Positions 9,794 through 18,956 of a stretch of DNA of 64,000 nt are shown here, in pieces (the first letter of the stretch is position 1; each line of letters starts with the position of its first letter). This stretch comes from Candidatus Poribacteria bacterium. GTDB lineage: Bacteria > Poribacteria > WGA-4E > PCPOR2b. Both the position numbers and the translations under genes were made by a program. Location: NCBI GenBank assembly GCA_965215015.1, contig OZ244042.1, positions 4,512,001-4,576,000 on the forward strand, given 5' to 3'. Under the pieces are notes generated by a model. It saw only the letters and a program-made list of their open reading frames with translations, ran no database searches and was not told the DNA's origin.

Positions 9794-11626
9794 ATGAACA
9801 TCCATACCAAATTAATATTGAATTCCATGGGGATTGTGCTGGTTATTTTGCTAGCGATGTATGGCTATTTCGATTACTCGCTGAAGCAGAACTTGAGTGA
9901 GCGAATCACGGACGAGTTGACGGTGCAGGCAAATCTGACGCGAGAATTTCTGCTGGAGACGCTCCCTAACACACTCAGTTACGAAGTCGTAGACAGCGTT
10001 GTAGACCGCCTCGGGACTGATAGCAATGTCCGTCTCACGTTTATTGGATGCGATGGGATTGTATGGGGAGATACGAAGCGTGATGGACGGCATCTGCGGG
10101 ATATGGATAATCACCGAAATCGACCAGAAGTACAAGAGGCTTTGGCAGGCAGAATTGGTACTATTGACCGATATAGCAATACTGTGATGACCACGCTGCG
10201 CTACCTTGCCTTGCCGGTGGTTCGGGAGGGGAAGATGATAGGTATCTGTCGGGTTGCGTTGCCTATGATGGAAATTGATTCAGCCATCGGTCAACTCAGA
10301 TGGCTTTTATTACTGGCAATCAGTGCGGGGCTCGTTTTTGCTATATTGTTCAGTATCATTACCACCAACGTTACCACAAAACCGATTCGGGACTTGACCC
10401 AAGCCACAAAATCGCTTGCGGGCGGGGAGTTAACCTCACGGGTCTCCGTTGCCGCATCGGGTGAGCTTGGAGAATTATCCAACCATTTCAATCAGATGGC
10501 AAATCAGATTGAAACGCAAATCTATGAGATTTCGCGGGAGCGCAATCTAAGAGATAGCATCCTATCAAAGATGGTCGAGGGGGTGCTCCTGGTTGATGAA
10601 CAGTTTGCTATCACTTATGCAAATTCGGCAGCAATCACCATGCTAGACTTTCCCGCCCATTATCAGGCACTCTCCTTAGTTGAAAGCATCCGTGACCCAG
10701 CGTTAAAACGTCTCTTAGAGCAGGTTACAGAGACAGGGAAAGCAGGATTTGCAGAAATCAAGCGGATCGGACCCACCGAGCGTGAAACAGAAATTATTGT
10801 TGTACCCGTCGAGGGTGAGTATCTGGTAAGTCTCCACGATGTGAGCCAATTGAGGAAATTGGAGCAGATTCGATCCGATTTCGTCGCCAATGTTGCTCAC
10901 GAAATGCGGGTCCCATTGACTTCGATTCACGGGTATGCAGAAACACTTCTCAATGGTGCTTTAGACGACACCGACGCAAACGAGCGTTTTGTAGAAAAGA
11001 TTTTACAGCAATCAGCACGACTTTCGCAGTTGGTCTCAGATTTGCTTGATTTATCGCACCTTGAATCCGGGGAAGTAAAGCTTGAATTAGCAGCTTGTGA
11101 GATCAAGGCATTTCAAGATACCCTCTTGGCTCTCTTTGAACCTGTATTTGAGGAGGCAAATCTGACATTTGAATGGAGGGTGCCTAATCATCTGCCCGTT
11201 GTGTTTGCGGACAAACGACTGATCGGACAGGTACTGGCAAACTTAATTGAGAACGCGATTAAGTATACACCGGCGGAGGGATGTATTACAATTTCCGCTG
11301 AAGCCAGCGAATCGGAGGTCATCGTTCATGTGAAAGATACCGGGATCGGTATTCCTGCTGAGTCGCTTCCCCGAATTTTCGAGCGGTTCTACCGTGTGGA
11401 TAAAGGACGTTCACGTGAGATGGGAGGTACAGGGTTGGGACTTGCGATTGCCAAGCACATTTTGCTGCAACATGGCGGCAGGATATGGGTTGATAGCACC
11501 CCTGGGACAGGTTCAGTGTTTCACTTTGCTTTGCCGTTGCAAAGAAGATTCTCGGCAACGGAACAGATAGTGCAAAATTCTCACATTGACGCGGAGCGGC
11601 CCTTTGAATCCTTTAACAATTTATGA
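9794..11626 (+). CDS. phoR: PhoR-like sensor histidine kinase (HAMP, PAS, HisKA, HATPase)
   Basis: DFVANVAHEMRVPLTSI, NAIKYT, FERFYRVDKGRSREMGGTGLGLAI; MDNHRNRPEV sensor motif. Confidence 0.85.
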   Translation: MNIHTKLILNSMGIVLVILLAMYGYFDYSLKQNLSERITDELTVQANLTREFLLETLPNTLSYEVVDSVVDRLGTDSNVRLTFIGCDGIVWGDTKRDGRHLRDMDNHRNRPEVQEALAGRIGTIDRYSNTVMTTLRYLALPVVREGKMIGICRVALPMMEIDSAIGQLRWLLLLAISAGLVFAILFSIITTNVTTKPIRDLTQATKSLAGGELTSRVSVAASGELGELSNHFNQMANQIETQIYEISRERNLRDSILSKMVEGVLLVDEQFAITYANSAAITMLDFPAHYQALSLVESIRDPALKRLLEQVTETGKAGFAEIKRIGPTERETEIIVVPVEGEYLVSLHDVSQLRKLEQIRSDFVANVAHEMRVPLTSIHGYAETLLNGALDDTDANERFVEKILQQSARLSQLVSDLLDLSHLESGEVKLELAACEIKAFQDTLLALFEPVFEEANLTFEWRVPNHLPVVFADKRLIGQVLANLIENAIKYTPAEGCITISAEASESEVIVHVKDTGIGIPAESLPRIFERFYRVDKGRSREMGGTGLGLAIAKHILLQHGGRIWVDSTPGTGSVFHFALPLQRRFSATEQIVQNSHIDAERPFESFNNL

Positions 11627-11634
11627 GGGGGCGA

Positions 11635-11673
11635 AATAAAAAGCCCTGTTCGACAAAACACCGAACAGGGCTT
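11635..11673 (-). terminator. Rho-independent terminator downstream of tRNA-Asn
   Basis: AAGCCCTGTTCG/CGAACAGGGCTT stem with a U-rich tail on the minus strand. Confidence 0.75.
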
Positions 11674-11680
11674 AGGATAA

Positions 11681-11754
11681 CTCTCCCGGACGGATTCGAA
11701 CCGCCGACAAAGTGGTTAACAGCCACCTGCTCTACCAAGCTGAGCTACGGGAGA
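11681..11754 (-). tRNA. tRNA-Asn (GTT), CCA not encoded
   Basis: TCTCCCG acceptor stem, GGTGG-CTGTTAA-CCACT anticodon arm, TTCGAAT T-loop. Confidence 0.96.
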
Positions 11755-11930
11755 TCGCTGCACAGAAAATCGCTGACAACGCGTTGCAGCGCAACGAGAG
11801 TTAATTATACACGATCGTTTACGGAATTGCAAGGGAAATTGGATCGAGGGGAGAGAGGATACGGTCAATATTGAAAAGAATGTGGTTTCGTTATGAAGAT
11901 TTCCCTTTTTCCAAAGTGCTAGGTATAATC

Positions 11931-11959
11931 TTGACACCGCTCTCTGCGTCTGATATAAT
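11931..11959 (+). promoter_or_regulatory. Consensus sigma70 promoter of mqnD
   Basis: TTGACA-N17-TATAAT with TGn extended -10. Confidence 0.8.
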
Positions 11960-12036
11960 CGACGCAAAATCCGTTTGAGGAGAGCCTATGTCAAGCTCCA
12001 CGACCTAGGCACCGCCAGTTGTAAGAGGAGAAATTG

Positions 12037-12879
12037 ATGTCACAATCGGAACAGATTCGTATCGGTCATAGCCCTGATTCTGATGATGCTTTTATGTTCT
12101 ATGCCCTCGCTAATGGACTGATTCCAACCGACGGTTTTGAGATTGTCCAAGTTGCTGAAGACATTGAGAGCCTAAACCGACGGGCGGTCAACGGGGAGTT
12201 GGAGGTGACGGCTATATCAGTTCACGCCTACGCCTACGTTGCTAATCACTATGCGCTGATGCCGTGTGGCGCAAGCATCGGCGATCGGTACGGTCCACTC
12301 GTCGTATCCAAAGAACCGATGCAGCGGGAAGCCCTTGCAGGTAAAAAAATCGCAATCCCCGGGAAGATGACGACCGCTTACCTGACGTTGCGTCTTTTTC
12401 AGCCCGACTTTGACCCTGAAGTTGTTCAGTTTGATCAGATTTTGCCGTATGTTCAGGAGGGCAATGCGGACGCGGGATTAATTATCCACGAAGGACAGCT
12501 AACCTACCGTCGTGCAGGGCTGCATAAAGTGGTAGATCTGGGGGAATGGTGGCATGAGGAAACCGGGTTGCCGCTGCCGCTTGGGGCGAATGCCATCCGT
12601 CGAGATCTCGGTGCGGAAAAAATCCGACGTATCACCGCACTCATCAAACAGAGCATTCAGTATTCACTTGGGCATAGAGAGAAGGGGTTGGCTTACGCGA
12701 TGAACTATGCGCGTGATATGGAGACGGAACTGGCTGACCGATTCGTTGGTATGTATGTGAACGACTACACCCTCGACTATGGTGAAAAAGGCAGGGCAGG
12801 AGTCAGAGAGTTGATGGAGCGTGGCTATCGGTCTGGCGTTATTCCACATCACGTTGATGTGGAATTTGCAGCGGGATAG
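12037..12879 (+). CDS. mqnD: 1,4-dihydroxy-6-naphthoate synthase (futalosine pathway)
   Basis: GHSPDSDDAFMFYAL, LIIHEGQLTY, DLGEWW...LPLPLG, GMYVNDYT. Confidence 0.88.
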   Translation: MSQSEQIRIGHSPDSDDAFMFYALANGLIPTDGFEIVQVAEDIESLNRRAVNGELEVTAISVHAYAYVANHYALMPCGASIGDRYGPLVVSKEPMQREALAGKKIAIPGKMTTAYLTLRLFQPDFDPEVVQFDQILPYVQEGNADAGLIIHEGQLTYRRAGLHKVVDLGEWWHEETGLPLPLGANAIRRDLGAEKIRRITALIKQSIQYSLGHREKGLAYAMNYARDMETELADRFVGMYVNDYTLDYGEKGRAGVRELMERGYRSGVIPHHVDVEFAAG

Positions 12880-12904
12880 TTACTCGCAGGTAGGTTGGAC
12901 GTTA

Positions 12905-13054
12905 TAACGCAAGTTGCTAGCAGTAGGCATACGCCGTATGCTGTCCCCCTCTTCCCCCCGGACCCCCCTTAGTCCCCCCGCAAGCAGGGGGAAAAGAACC
13001 GTGTGGATATTCAGGATTAGAGGGTGAACGGCACGACGGAGTGTGCCTACTACT
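12905..13054. repeat. Composite REP/MITE-like element, copy 1 (copy 2 at 34526-34638)
   Basis: TAACGCAAGTTGCTAG-CAGTAGGCATACGCCG...CCCCCGCAAGCAGG...GGCACGACGGAGTGTGCCTACTAC. Confidence 0.75.
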
Positions 13055-13185
13055 GTCAGAATTTCGATTGGACGGTCGGTTGATATGAAAAATCCAACAT
13101 TAGATATACCCGCTCACTTCAAAGTTAATTCCTTTTTCGATGAAATGGGGGTCTATATTATCAATAGAGATGCTAATAATAAGTC

Positions 13186-14499
13186 ATGAGAACAGAACAA
13201 ATTTTTCAGCGATTTAATGAAAAACAGATTGATTCAGAATGGGCTTTTAGGGAGTACAAGCCATCGGAAACGAGTAAATGGACGCATGATTACCATCGCT
13301 ACCCCGCTAAGTTTATCCCACAATTGGTCGAAAAATTGATTCATGAATATATAACTGATACTCATGTCCATATCAATGATCCATTTATGGGCAGTGGTAC
13401 GACTATTGTTACTGCTATATCAAAAGGCTTTAAGGCGAGTGGAACTGATATTAATGAAATCTCCTATCTGGTAACGAAGGTAAAATCCAAGCCGATTGAA
13501 CCAAATTATCTCGAAAAAAAGATAAAACAATTGCTATCAAAACTGAGCTGTTTAGACCACCCCCCAGGGCTCCTATTCGATGATTGGACTGAGATTGAAC
13601 CCACAATTCCTGAAAAACACGTTGAGAAGATTGACTATTGGTTTCCAACGAGGCATAAGTATGAGCTTGGTGTAATCTTAACTGTAATCTCTGATGAAGA
13701 AGATGAAACGATTAGGGATTTTTTTCTCGTGGCTTTCAGTAACATTCTCAAAAATTGTTCGATATGGAGCAAAAGTAGTACAAAACCAACAAGGGATTTG
13801 AAAAAGAAGCCCACAGCTCCGTACTCTGCAATTAGGAGACATCTAATGAAAATGCGGAGAGGAAATGAGCAATTTTATCATGCTATCCCCTTCCGCAACA
13901 GTTGTGATGAATACTTAAATATTCGGGCTGGTAATGCAAAAGAACAACCTGTTGCTGATGACTCCGTTGATTTAGTTGTCAGTTCAAGCCCGTATGTAAC
14001 TAGTTATGAATATGCAGACCTACATCAACTGTCAACAATTTGGCTCGATTTAGCAGATGATTTAAATAAATATAAAAAAGAGTTCATCGGAACATCACAT
14101 AAACAGTATGAGAATAAGACATTAAAAAGTCAAATCGCCGCGGATATCGTTTATGAAATGTCCCGTAAAAACCCGAAAAAGGCGAAAGAGATCTCAGCCT
14201 TTTTCATTGATATGGAGGAGGTCTTTAATGAGAGTTTCAGAATTTTAAAGCATGGCGGTCGATGCTGTTATGTGATTGGCAATACACGGTTGAAGGGCGT
14301 GGACATTCTCAATGCCGAAGTTTTCGCTGAGAGTTTGCAATATGCAGGTTTCAACCTCGATCAAATCATTAAAAGGGAAATCCCCTTAAAAATACTTCCC
14401 CAAAAACGAGATGAAAAAACGGGGCGATTTGCTAGTAACGATAAGGCAGATTCTGAGGCGTATCCGACAGAATATATCGTAATTGGCTTAAAGGAGTGA
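13186..14499 (+). CDS. Type II DNA methyltransferase (amino-MTase, probably N4-C, alpha motif order)
   Basis: HRYPAKFIPQL, DPFMGSGTT (motif I), SSPY (motif IV); AT-rich. Confidence 0.9.
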   Translation: MRTEQIFQRFNEKQIDSEWAFREYKPSETSKWTHDYHRYPAKFIPQLVEKLIHEYITDTHVHINDPFMGSGTTIVTAISKGFKASGTDINEISYLVTKVKSKPIEPNYLEKKIKQLLSKLSCLDHPPGLLFDDWTEIEPTIPEKHVEKIDYWFPTRHKYELGVILTVISDEEDETIRDFFLVAFSNILKNCSIWSKSSTKPTRDLKKKPTAPYSAIRRHLMKMRRGNEQFYHAIPFRNSCDEYLNIRAGNAKEQPVADDSVDLVVSSSPYVTSYEYADLHQLSTIWLDLADDLNKYKKEFIGTSHKQYENKTLKSQIAADIVYEMSRKNPKKAKEISAFFIDMEEVFNESFRILKHGGRCCYVIGNTRLKGVDILNAEVFAESLQYAGFNLDQIIKREIPLKILPQKRDEKTGRFASNDKADSEAYPTEYIVIGLKE

Positions 14500-15194
14500 T
14501 TACTATGCACTTTGAAGATTTGAAGGGCTTATACCTTGAAAAGAAGAACCTATTTGGTACAGATGCCAACACGCAGATCTCACAGTTGTTGGAAGAAGCG
14601 AAAGATTATCATAAACGAGATTGGGAGGAAAATCCGACTCAAGGCGGCGACCATGAGCAAAGTTGGCGTGCTTTTAAGGGAAAAAATTTAGAAAAGTTAA
14701 TTCAATATATCATTACCGATAAGATCGAAGCACTTGGGTTGGAGGTTATCAACGGGAATACCCTTGAAAGAACTAAAAACTTATCTATGCAGCTCAGCCG
14801 AGTCAAGCGAAATGTGTTAGTGGACTATGGTGAATTTGGTTGTCATCTGCCCGATGTTGATATTATTATCTATTATCCTGATACATGCAAGGTTCTAGCA
14901 GTCATCTCAAGCAAAGTGACTTTAAGAGAGCGTATAGCCCAAACAGGCTACTGGAAACTTAAACTTTTGGCTGATGAAGCAACAAAGCACATCAAGGTTT
15001 ATTTGATTAGCCCCGACGAAGATGGTACGTTGACGCAGGATGATAATCCCCCTAAAAAGGCCAAAGCAATCATAGAAACCGAATTAGATGGGAGCTACAT
15101 TTTAACAGACGCAGATCTTGATGAGAGTGAAAAAGTCAAACCATTTGAACATTTTATCGACGATCTAAAGAGGATACTTGACAATTGTGAGTAA
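14496..15194 (+). CDS. BsaWI-family type II restriction endonuclease
   Basis: QSWRAFKGKNLEKLI, PDVD...SSKVTLRERIAQTGYWKL; overlaps the MTase stop codon. Confidence 0.8.
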   Translation: MITMHFEDLKGLYLEKKNLFGTDANTQISQLLEEAKDYHKRDWEENPTQGGDHEQSWRAFKGKNLEKLIQYIITDKIEALGLEVINGNTLERTKNLSMQLSRVKRNVLVDYGEFGCHLPDVDIIIYYPDTCKVLAVISSKVTLRERIAQTGYWKLKLLADEATKHIKVYLISPDEDGTLTQDDNPPKKAKAIIETELDGSYILTDADLDESEKVKPFEHFIDDLKRILDNCE

Positions 15195-15276
15195 AGGTTA
15201 GGACAATTACATTTGTTTATTTAGAAGAGGGGAACGACCTTAGTAGAGCCCCCAATAACGGGTGATTTGGCGTTGG

Positions 15277-15376
15277 TATTGAATCAGAATGAGGTAAATC
15301 CCCCCTCCTGAAAATCCCCAAATCCTGTAAATCAAGATTCAGACAACAATTCATCCTGAAAATCCTGATTCAGACA
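15277..15376. repeat. AATCCTGAAAATCCTGATTCAGACA-family repeat cluster
   Basis: Two copies of the ...GATTCAGACA end. Confidence 0.75.
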
Positions 15377-15752
15377 CTCTCAAAAACCACCTTCAAACTC
15401 TTCCCCTGCGACCAATCCGTTTTGACCGTATCCTGCCAATCAAACCCCGACACCCACTGCACCACATACACCTCCTCCGGTGCGTCGATGGAGTCAGGGA
15501 TGCAGAGCAACGGTTCACGCCGTCGATAAATCCTTTCGAGCGCGTCCAAGTCAGATTGCGTGAGCCGCTGGAACTCAAACGTCAATTCCACCTTATAGCC
15601 GCTACCATCATTGACCACCAGAGCCGCCGATCCTGCCGGCGATAGCTCCCGCTCCCGACATCAATGAATCGTCGACTGAAGCGCAATAGCTTCGGCGAAT
15701 CCCTAAAATCTAAAAGTACCACGTTCAAGCCTATCTCCAATAACTGCATCAT
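15370..15752 (-). pseudogene. Frameshifted small gene, possibly phage tail-like
   Basis: ORF MMQLLEIG...YRRQD with GAGG RBS overlaps ORF VVNDGSGYKVELTFEFQRLT...; frame change near 15620-15640. Confidence 0.4.
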
Positions 15753-15791
15753 AAACCTCACTAACGCCGCCTGCTCCCGAAAATCCCCAAT

Positions 15792-15970
15792 TGTCTGAAT
15801 CAGGATTCTCAAGATTCAAGAATTGACAGGATTTATCCCTAACAATCCCTTGGAGGCTGCCTGTTAGTGCTAACAGACGGTTTACAACCAGAGGGTTATA
15901 AATCCTTAACCCAATCCCGAAAATCCTCTATCCTGAAAATCCTTAAATCCTGAAAATCAAGATTCAGACA
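15792..15970. mobile_element. MITE-like element with TGTCTGAATC/GATTCAGACA terminal inverted repeats
   Basis: TIRs at both ends; internal block shared with the 16763-17034 element. Confidence 0.65.
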
Positions 15971-16190
15971 AATGCTCACACCTCATGTGATAGATCCTTC
16001 GGGCGGCAAGAGGTTCATTAGAACCTCCTGTCTGCCGCCACGGAGCCTGTTAGCGCATCTGTTTTACTTGCACTTTACTTGCAAAAACGGATATAATAGA
16101 GTTGTGTGCAAACTTTTCCCAATTGACACACGAACGATTTACCACCTTCAGGTATAAATCTTGGAGGTTATAAATCTTGGAGGTCTTCAA

Positions 16191-16535
16191 ATGAACTACC
16201 AGCTCACCGTGATTTTAACACCACAACCCGAAGGCGGTTACACCGTAACATGCGACGAATTACCCGAACTCCTCACCGAAGGCGATTCGGTAGACGAGGC
16301 ATTAGAAAATGTCAAAGATGCCCTCGCCGCGACACTTGAGCTATATGCGGATTTAGAGCGTTCATTGCCGCAATCTATCCGGGCACCCGATGAACAAATA
16401 CCAGCTATAACCCGCCCGTTCCGGTTCCAAACGATGACCCCCAAGTCAAAATCAAAAGCCCTTTCCAATGAAGATATGCCCGTTGAGAACCATTCCTTCT
16501 GGTTTCAAGCGATAGCCTCCCCGGACCCCCAATGA
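16191..16535 (+). CDS. hicB: HicB family antitoxin
   Basis: PQPEGGYTVTCDELPELLTEGDSVDEALENVKDAL. Confidence 0.88.
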   Translation: MNYQLTVILTPQPEGGYTVTCDELPELLTEGDSVDEALENVKDALAATLELYADLERSLPQSIRAPDEQIPAITRPFRFQTMTPKSKSKALSNEDMPVENHSFWFQAIASPDPQ

Positions 16536-16544
16536 ACAAACTCC

Positions 16545-16757
16545 ATGAGATACCGAGAAGTCGAGAAAAAGTTAAAAAAGCTCGGTTGTTATGAACTTAA
16601 AAGAAGAGGCAGTGGTAGCCACCGAAAATGGTATAACCCATTGACGGAGCAGGCCAATATCATACCCAATTATGGCACCCGCGACTTGAAAATCGGAACC
16701 CTCCGCGCGGCAATCCGACAGTTAGGAATTGATTGGCAAGACTTCAACAACGCCTAA
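16545..16757 (+). CDS. hicA: HicA family toxin (mRNA interferase)
   Basis: RRGSGSHRKW...IP...DLKIGTLRAAIRQLGI. Confidence 0.88.
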   Translation: MRYREVEKKLKKLGCYELKRRGSGSHRKWYNPLTEQANIIPNYGTRDLKIGTLRAAIRQLGIDWQDFNNA

Positions 16758-16762
16758 CACAT

Positions 16763-17034
16763 TGTCTGAATCAGGATTCACTGGATTAGAGAATTTTCAG
16801 GATAGGATCTACCACATTGTTAGCGGTCTGTCCTGCCCTAACAGAGGGGTTACAAGACTGCTAACAATCCTGAAAGATTTACATCATTCATGATTCAATC
16901 CGCCTGTTAGCTGTCTGTTATGGGATTGTTAGGATCTTGTAGGGCAAGCCCTACCAATCAACTACCAATTGGCTAACAGACGGTTTATAACCTGAAGGTG
17001 ATAAATCCTTTCCTGAAAATCTTAAAATATTGAT
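16763..17034. mobile_element. MITE-like element of the 15792-15970 family, right end degenerate
   Basis: TGTCTGAATCAGGATT left end; shared GCTAACAGACGGTTTA..AACC..AAATCCT block. Confidence 0.55.
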
Positions 17035-17107
17035 AGAGGCTATTGCGAATTAGCTCAGAAGCAAATAATGAATATTTGGAGCTATTCGCAGCATTAGAGG
17101 AGTCAAA

Positions 17108-17692
17108 ATGACAGGGAAAATCACTCAAACAGCGTTGGCAATGGAATACTTTACGGCCCACCCGAATCTGCCTATCAAACACTCTGAAGTAATTGACTGG
17201 GTTGCAAAAGAATACGAAGAAAGAACGGGGAGAAAATTTCGCTATCCGGGCCCGGCAATTCGCAGATTGGCACAAGAAGGGAAACTGATAAGGCTCGGGA
17301 GAGGTGTTTATAAATACACCCCCGATCTCATTACAAATCCTGAGCTAGAAGATTTCACCCCTGCCCAAAGGAAACAGATTTTCAAGCGGGATGACTACCG
17401 TTGTGTGATATGCGGCAAAGGACAACGGGATGGTGTCGAAATTCAGGCGGATTATATCAAACCGAAAGACTTAGGGGGCAAAGCAGTAATCGAAAATGGT
17501 CAAACACTTTGTGCAACTCACAATTTCCGTAAGAAAAACTTCAAACAGACAGAAACAGGGAAGAGGATGTTTATTCGTTTATACGAACTTTCAGAATCCG
17601 TTGGCGATCATGAGATACGAGATTTTTGTCGTAATATTCTTGAGGTTTTTGAAGAACACAACATAAATGATCACATTGAATGGAAACGCTGA
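17108..17692 (+). CDS. HNH endonuclease with putative N-terminal winged helix; first catalytic His appears replaced by Tyr
   Basis: RDDYRCVICG...QADYIKP..GG...ENGQTLCATHNFRK. Confidence 0.85.
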   Translation: MTGKITQTALAMEYFTAHPNLPIKHSEVIDWVAKEYEERTGRKFRYPGPAIRRLAQEGKLIRLGRGVYKYTPDLITNPELEDFTPAQRKQIFKRDDYRCVICGKGQRDGVEIQADYIKPKDLGGKAVIENGQTLCATHNFRKKNFKQTETGKRMFIRLYELSESVGDHEIRDFCRNILEVFEEHNINDHIEWKR

Positions 17693-17761
17693 CACAAGAG
17701 GACTAATAGACGGGAGATTTTCCACAACGAATTTAGGAAATCCCACAGGTTTTTAATGTGA

Positions 17762-18544
17762 CTAGACATCAACCGCGATGCGCTGTCCAATCCCCGTTAG
17801 TAAACGTCCGCCATCAACCACAAACGCACTTCCCGTGACAAATGACGCATCATCAGACGCTAGATAAACGACAGCTTTGGCGGTGTCTTCCGGTTGACCC
17901 GCACGTCCAATCGGTAACTCCTGTGCCCATCGCTCAAGTGCACTGTGTCGGTCAGCGTCAGGTGGCAGAATCATCGGTGTTGCTGTTGGACCGGGACAAA
18001 CTGCATTGACGCGAATGTTGTGTTTTGCGAAATCTAGAGCCATGCACTGCGTCAGAAGAATAATGCCAGCCTTCGATGCCCCGTAGACAGCATAGCCACT
18101 TCCGCCAGACATTCCGGCGGTGGAAGCTGTGTTAATAATCACCCCACCCCCTGTTTGTTGCATTGCGGGGATAGCGTATTTGGAAACCAGATAGACACTT
18201 TTTAGGTTAATGTCGATGCACCGATCCCAGTCGATTTCAGATATTGTGGTAACATCCCCAACAATTAGAATCCCCGCGTTATTATGCAGGATGTCTAACC
18301 GACCATGGCGGCGAAGAGTCTCTTGGATAAGGCGGTCTGCATCATCCGCTTTTGAAACATCGGATCGGACAAAGGATATACTCTTTTGGGTCTCTTGACT
18401 AATCTGTTGTGCAACGGCGTGCCCATCAGGATTTACGTCCGCGATGACGACATCTGCCCCTTCGGAGGCAAACCGTTTGGCGGTAGCCTCCCCAATGCCT
18501 GAGGCTCCACCCGTTACAATGACTGATTTTCCTTGAAATCTCAT
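17762..18544 (-). CDS. SDR family oxidoreductase
   Basis: TGGASGIG, NNAG, YGASK, IRVNAVCPG. Confidence 0.93.
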   Translation of the reverse strand: MRFQGKSVIVTGGASGIGEATAKRFASEGADVVIADVNPDGHAVAQQISQETQKSISFVRSDVSKADDADRLIQETLRRHGRLDILHNNAGILIVGDVTTISEIDWDRCIDINLKSVYLVSKYAIPAMQQTGGGVIINTASTAGMSGGSGYAVYGASKAGIILLTQCMALDFAKHNIRVNAVCPGPTATPMILPPDADRHSALERWAQELPIGRAGQPEDTAKAVVYLASDDASFVTGSAFVVDGGRLLTGIGQRIAVDV

Positions 18545-18666
18545 CTGTTCTCCCTATCATAATTGTGGTTATTGAATGCGGCGCAATTGTACCTTACTCT
18601 GAAGATCAAGTCAACTCTCCTTACATTGTGCGATTCTTTTTGGGAATAAGTAGTTACTAGCTGTTA

Positions 18667-18945
18667 ATAGAACGCAAGCGAGCCCGGGGTCTAAAGAACC
18701 CCCTGCTTGCGGGGGGAATGAGGGGGGTAGGCATTATCAATGGACACCCAGAAAGTCGCGTTTGTAGTAGCACAATTTATTGTGCGTATATAGAACGCAA
18801 GCGAGCCAGGTGTCTAAAAAACCCCCTGCTTGCGGGGGGAATGAGGGGGGTAGGCATCATCAATGGACACCCAGAAAGTCGCGTTTGTAGTAGCACAATT
18901 TATTGTGCGTATATGGTATGCATCATCAATGGACACCTAGAAAGT
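18667..18945. repeat. 123-bp tandem duplication plus partial third copy upstream of ychF
   Basis: Units start at 18667 and 18790; each carries the G-rich palindrome and a GTAGTAGCACAATTTATTGTGC hairpin. Confidence 0.9.
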
Positions 18946-18956
18946 AGGTTTCATGA

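Noticed and set aside
9722-11626. Orphan PhoR and a possible Pho box near 9470-9496
   Set aside because: Unlinked response regulators are common, and the direct repeats lack 11-bp spacing
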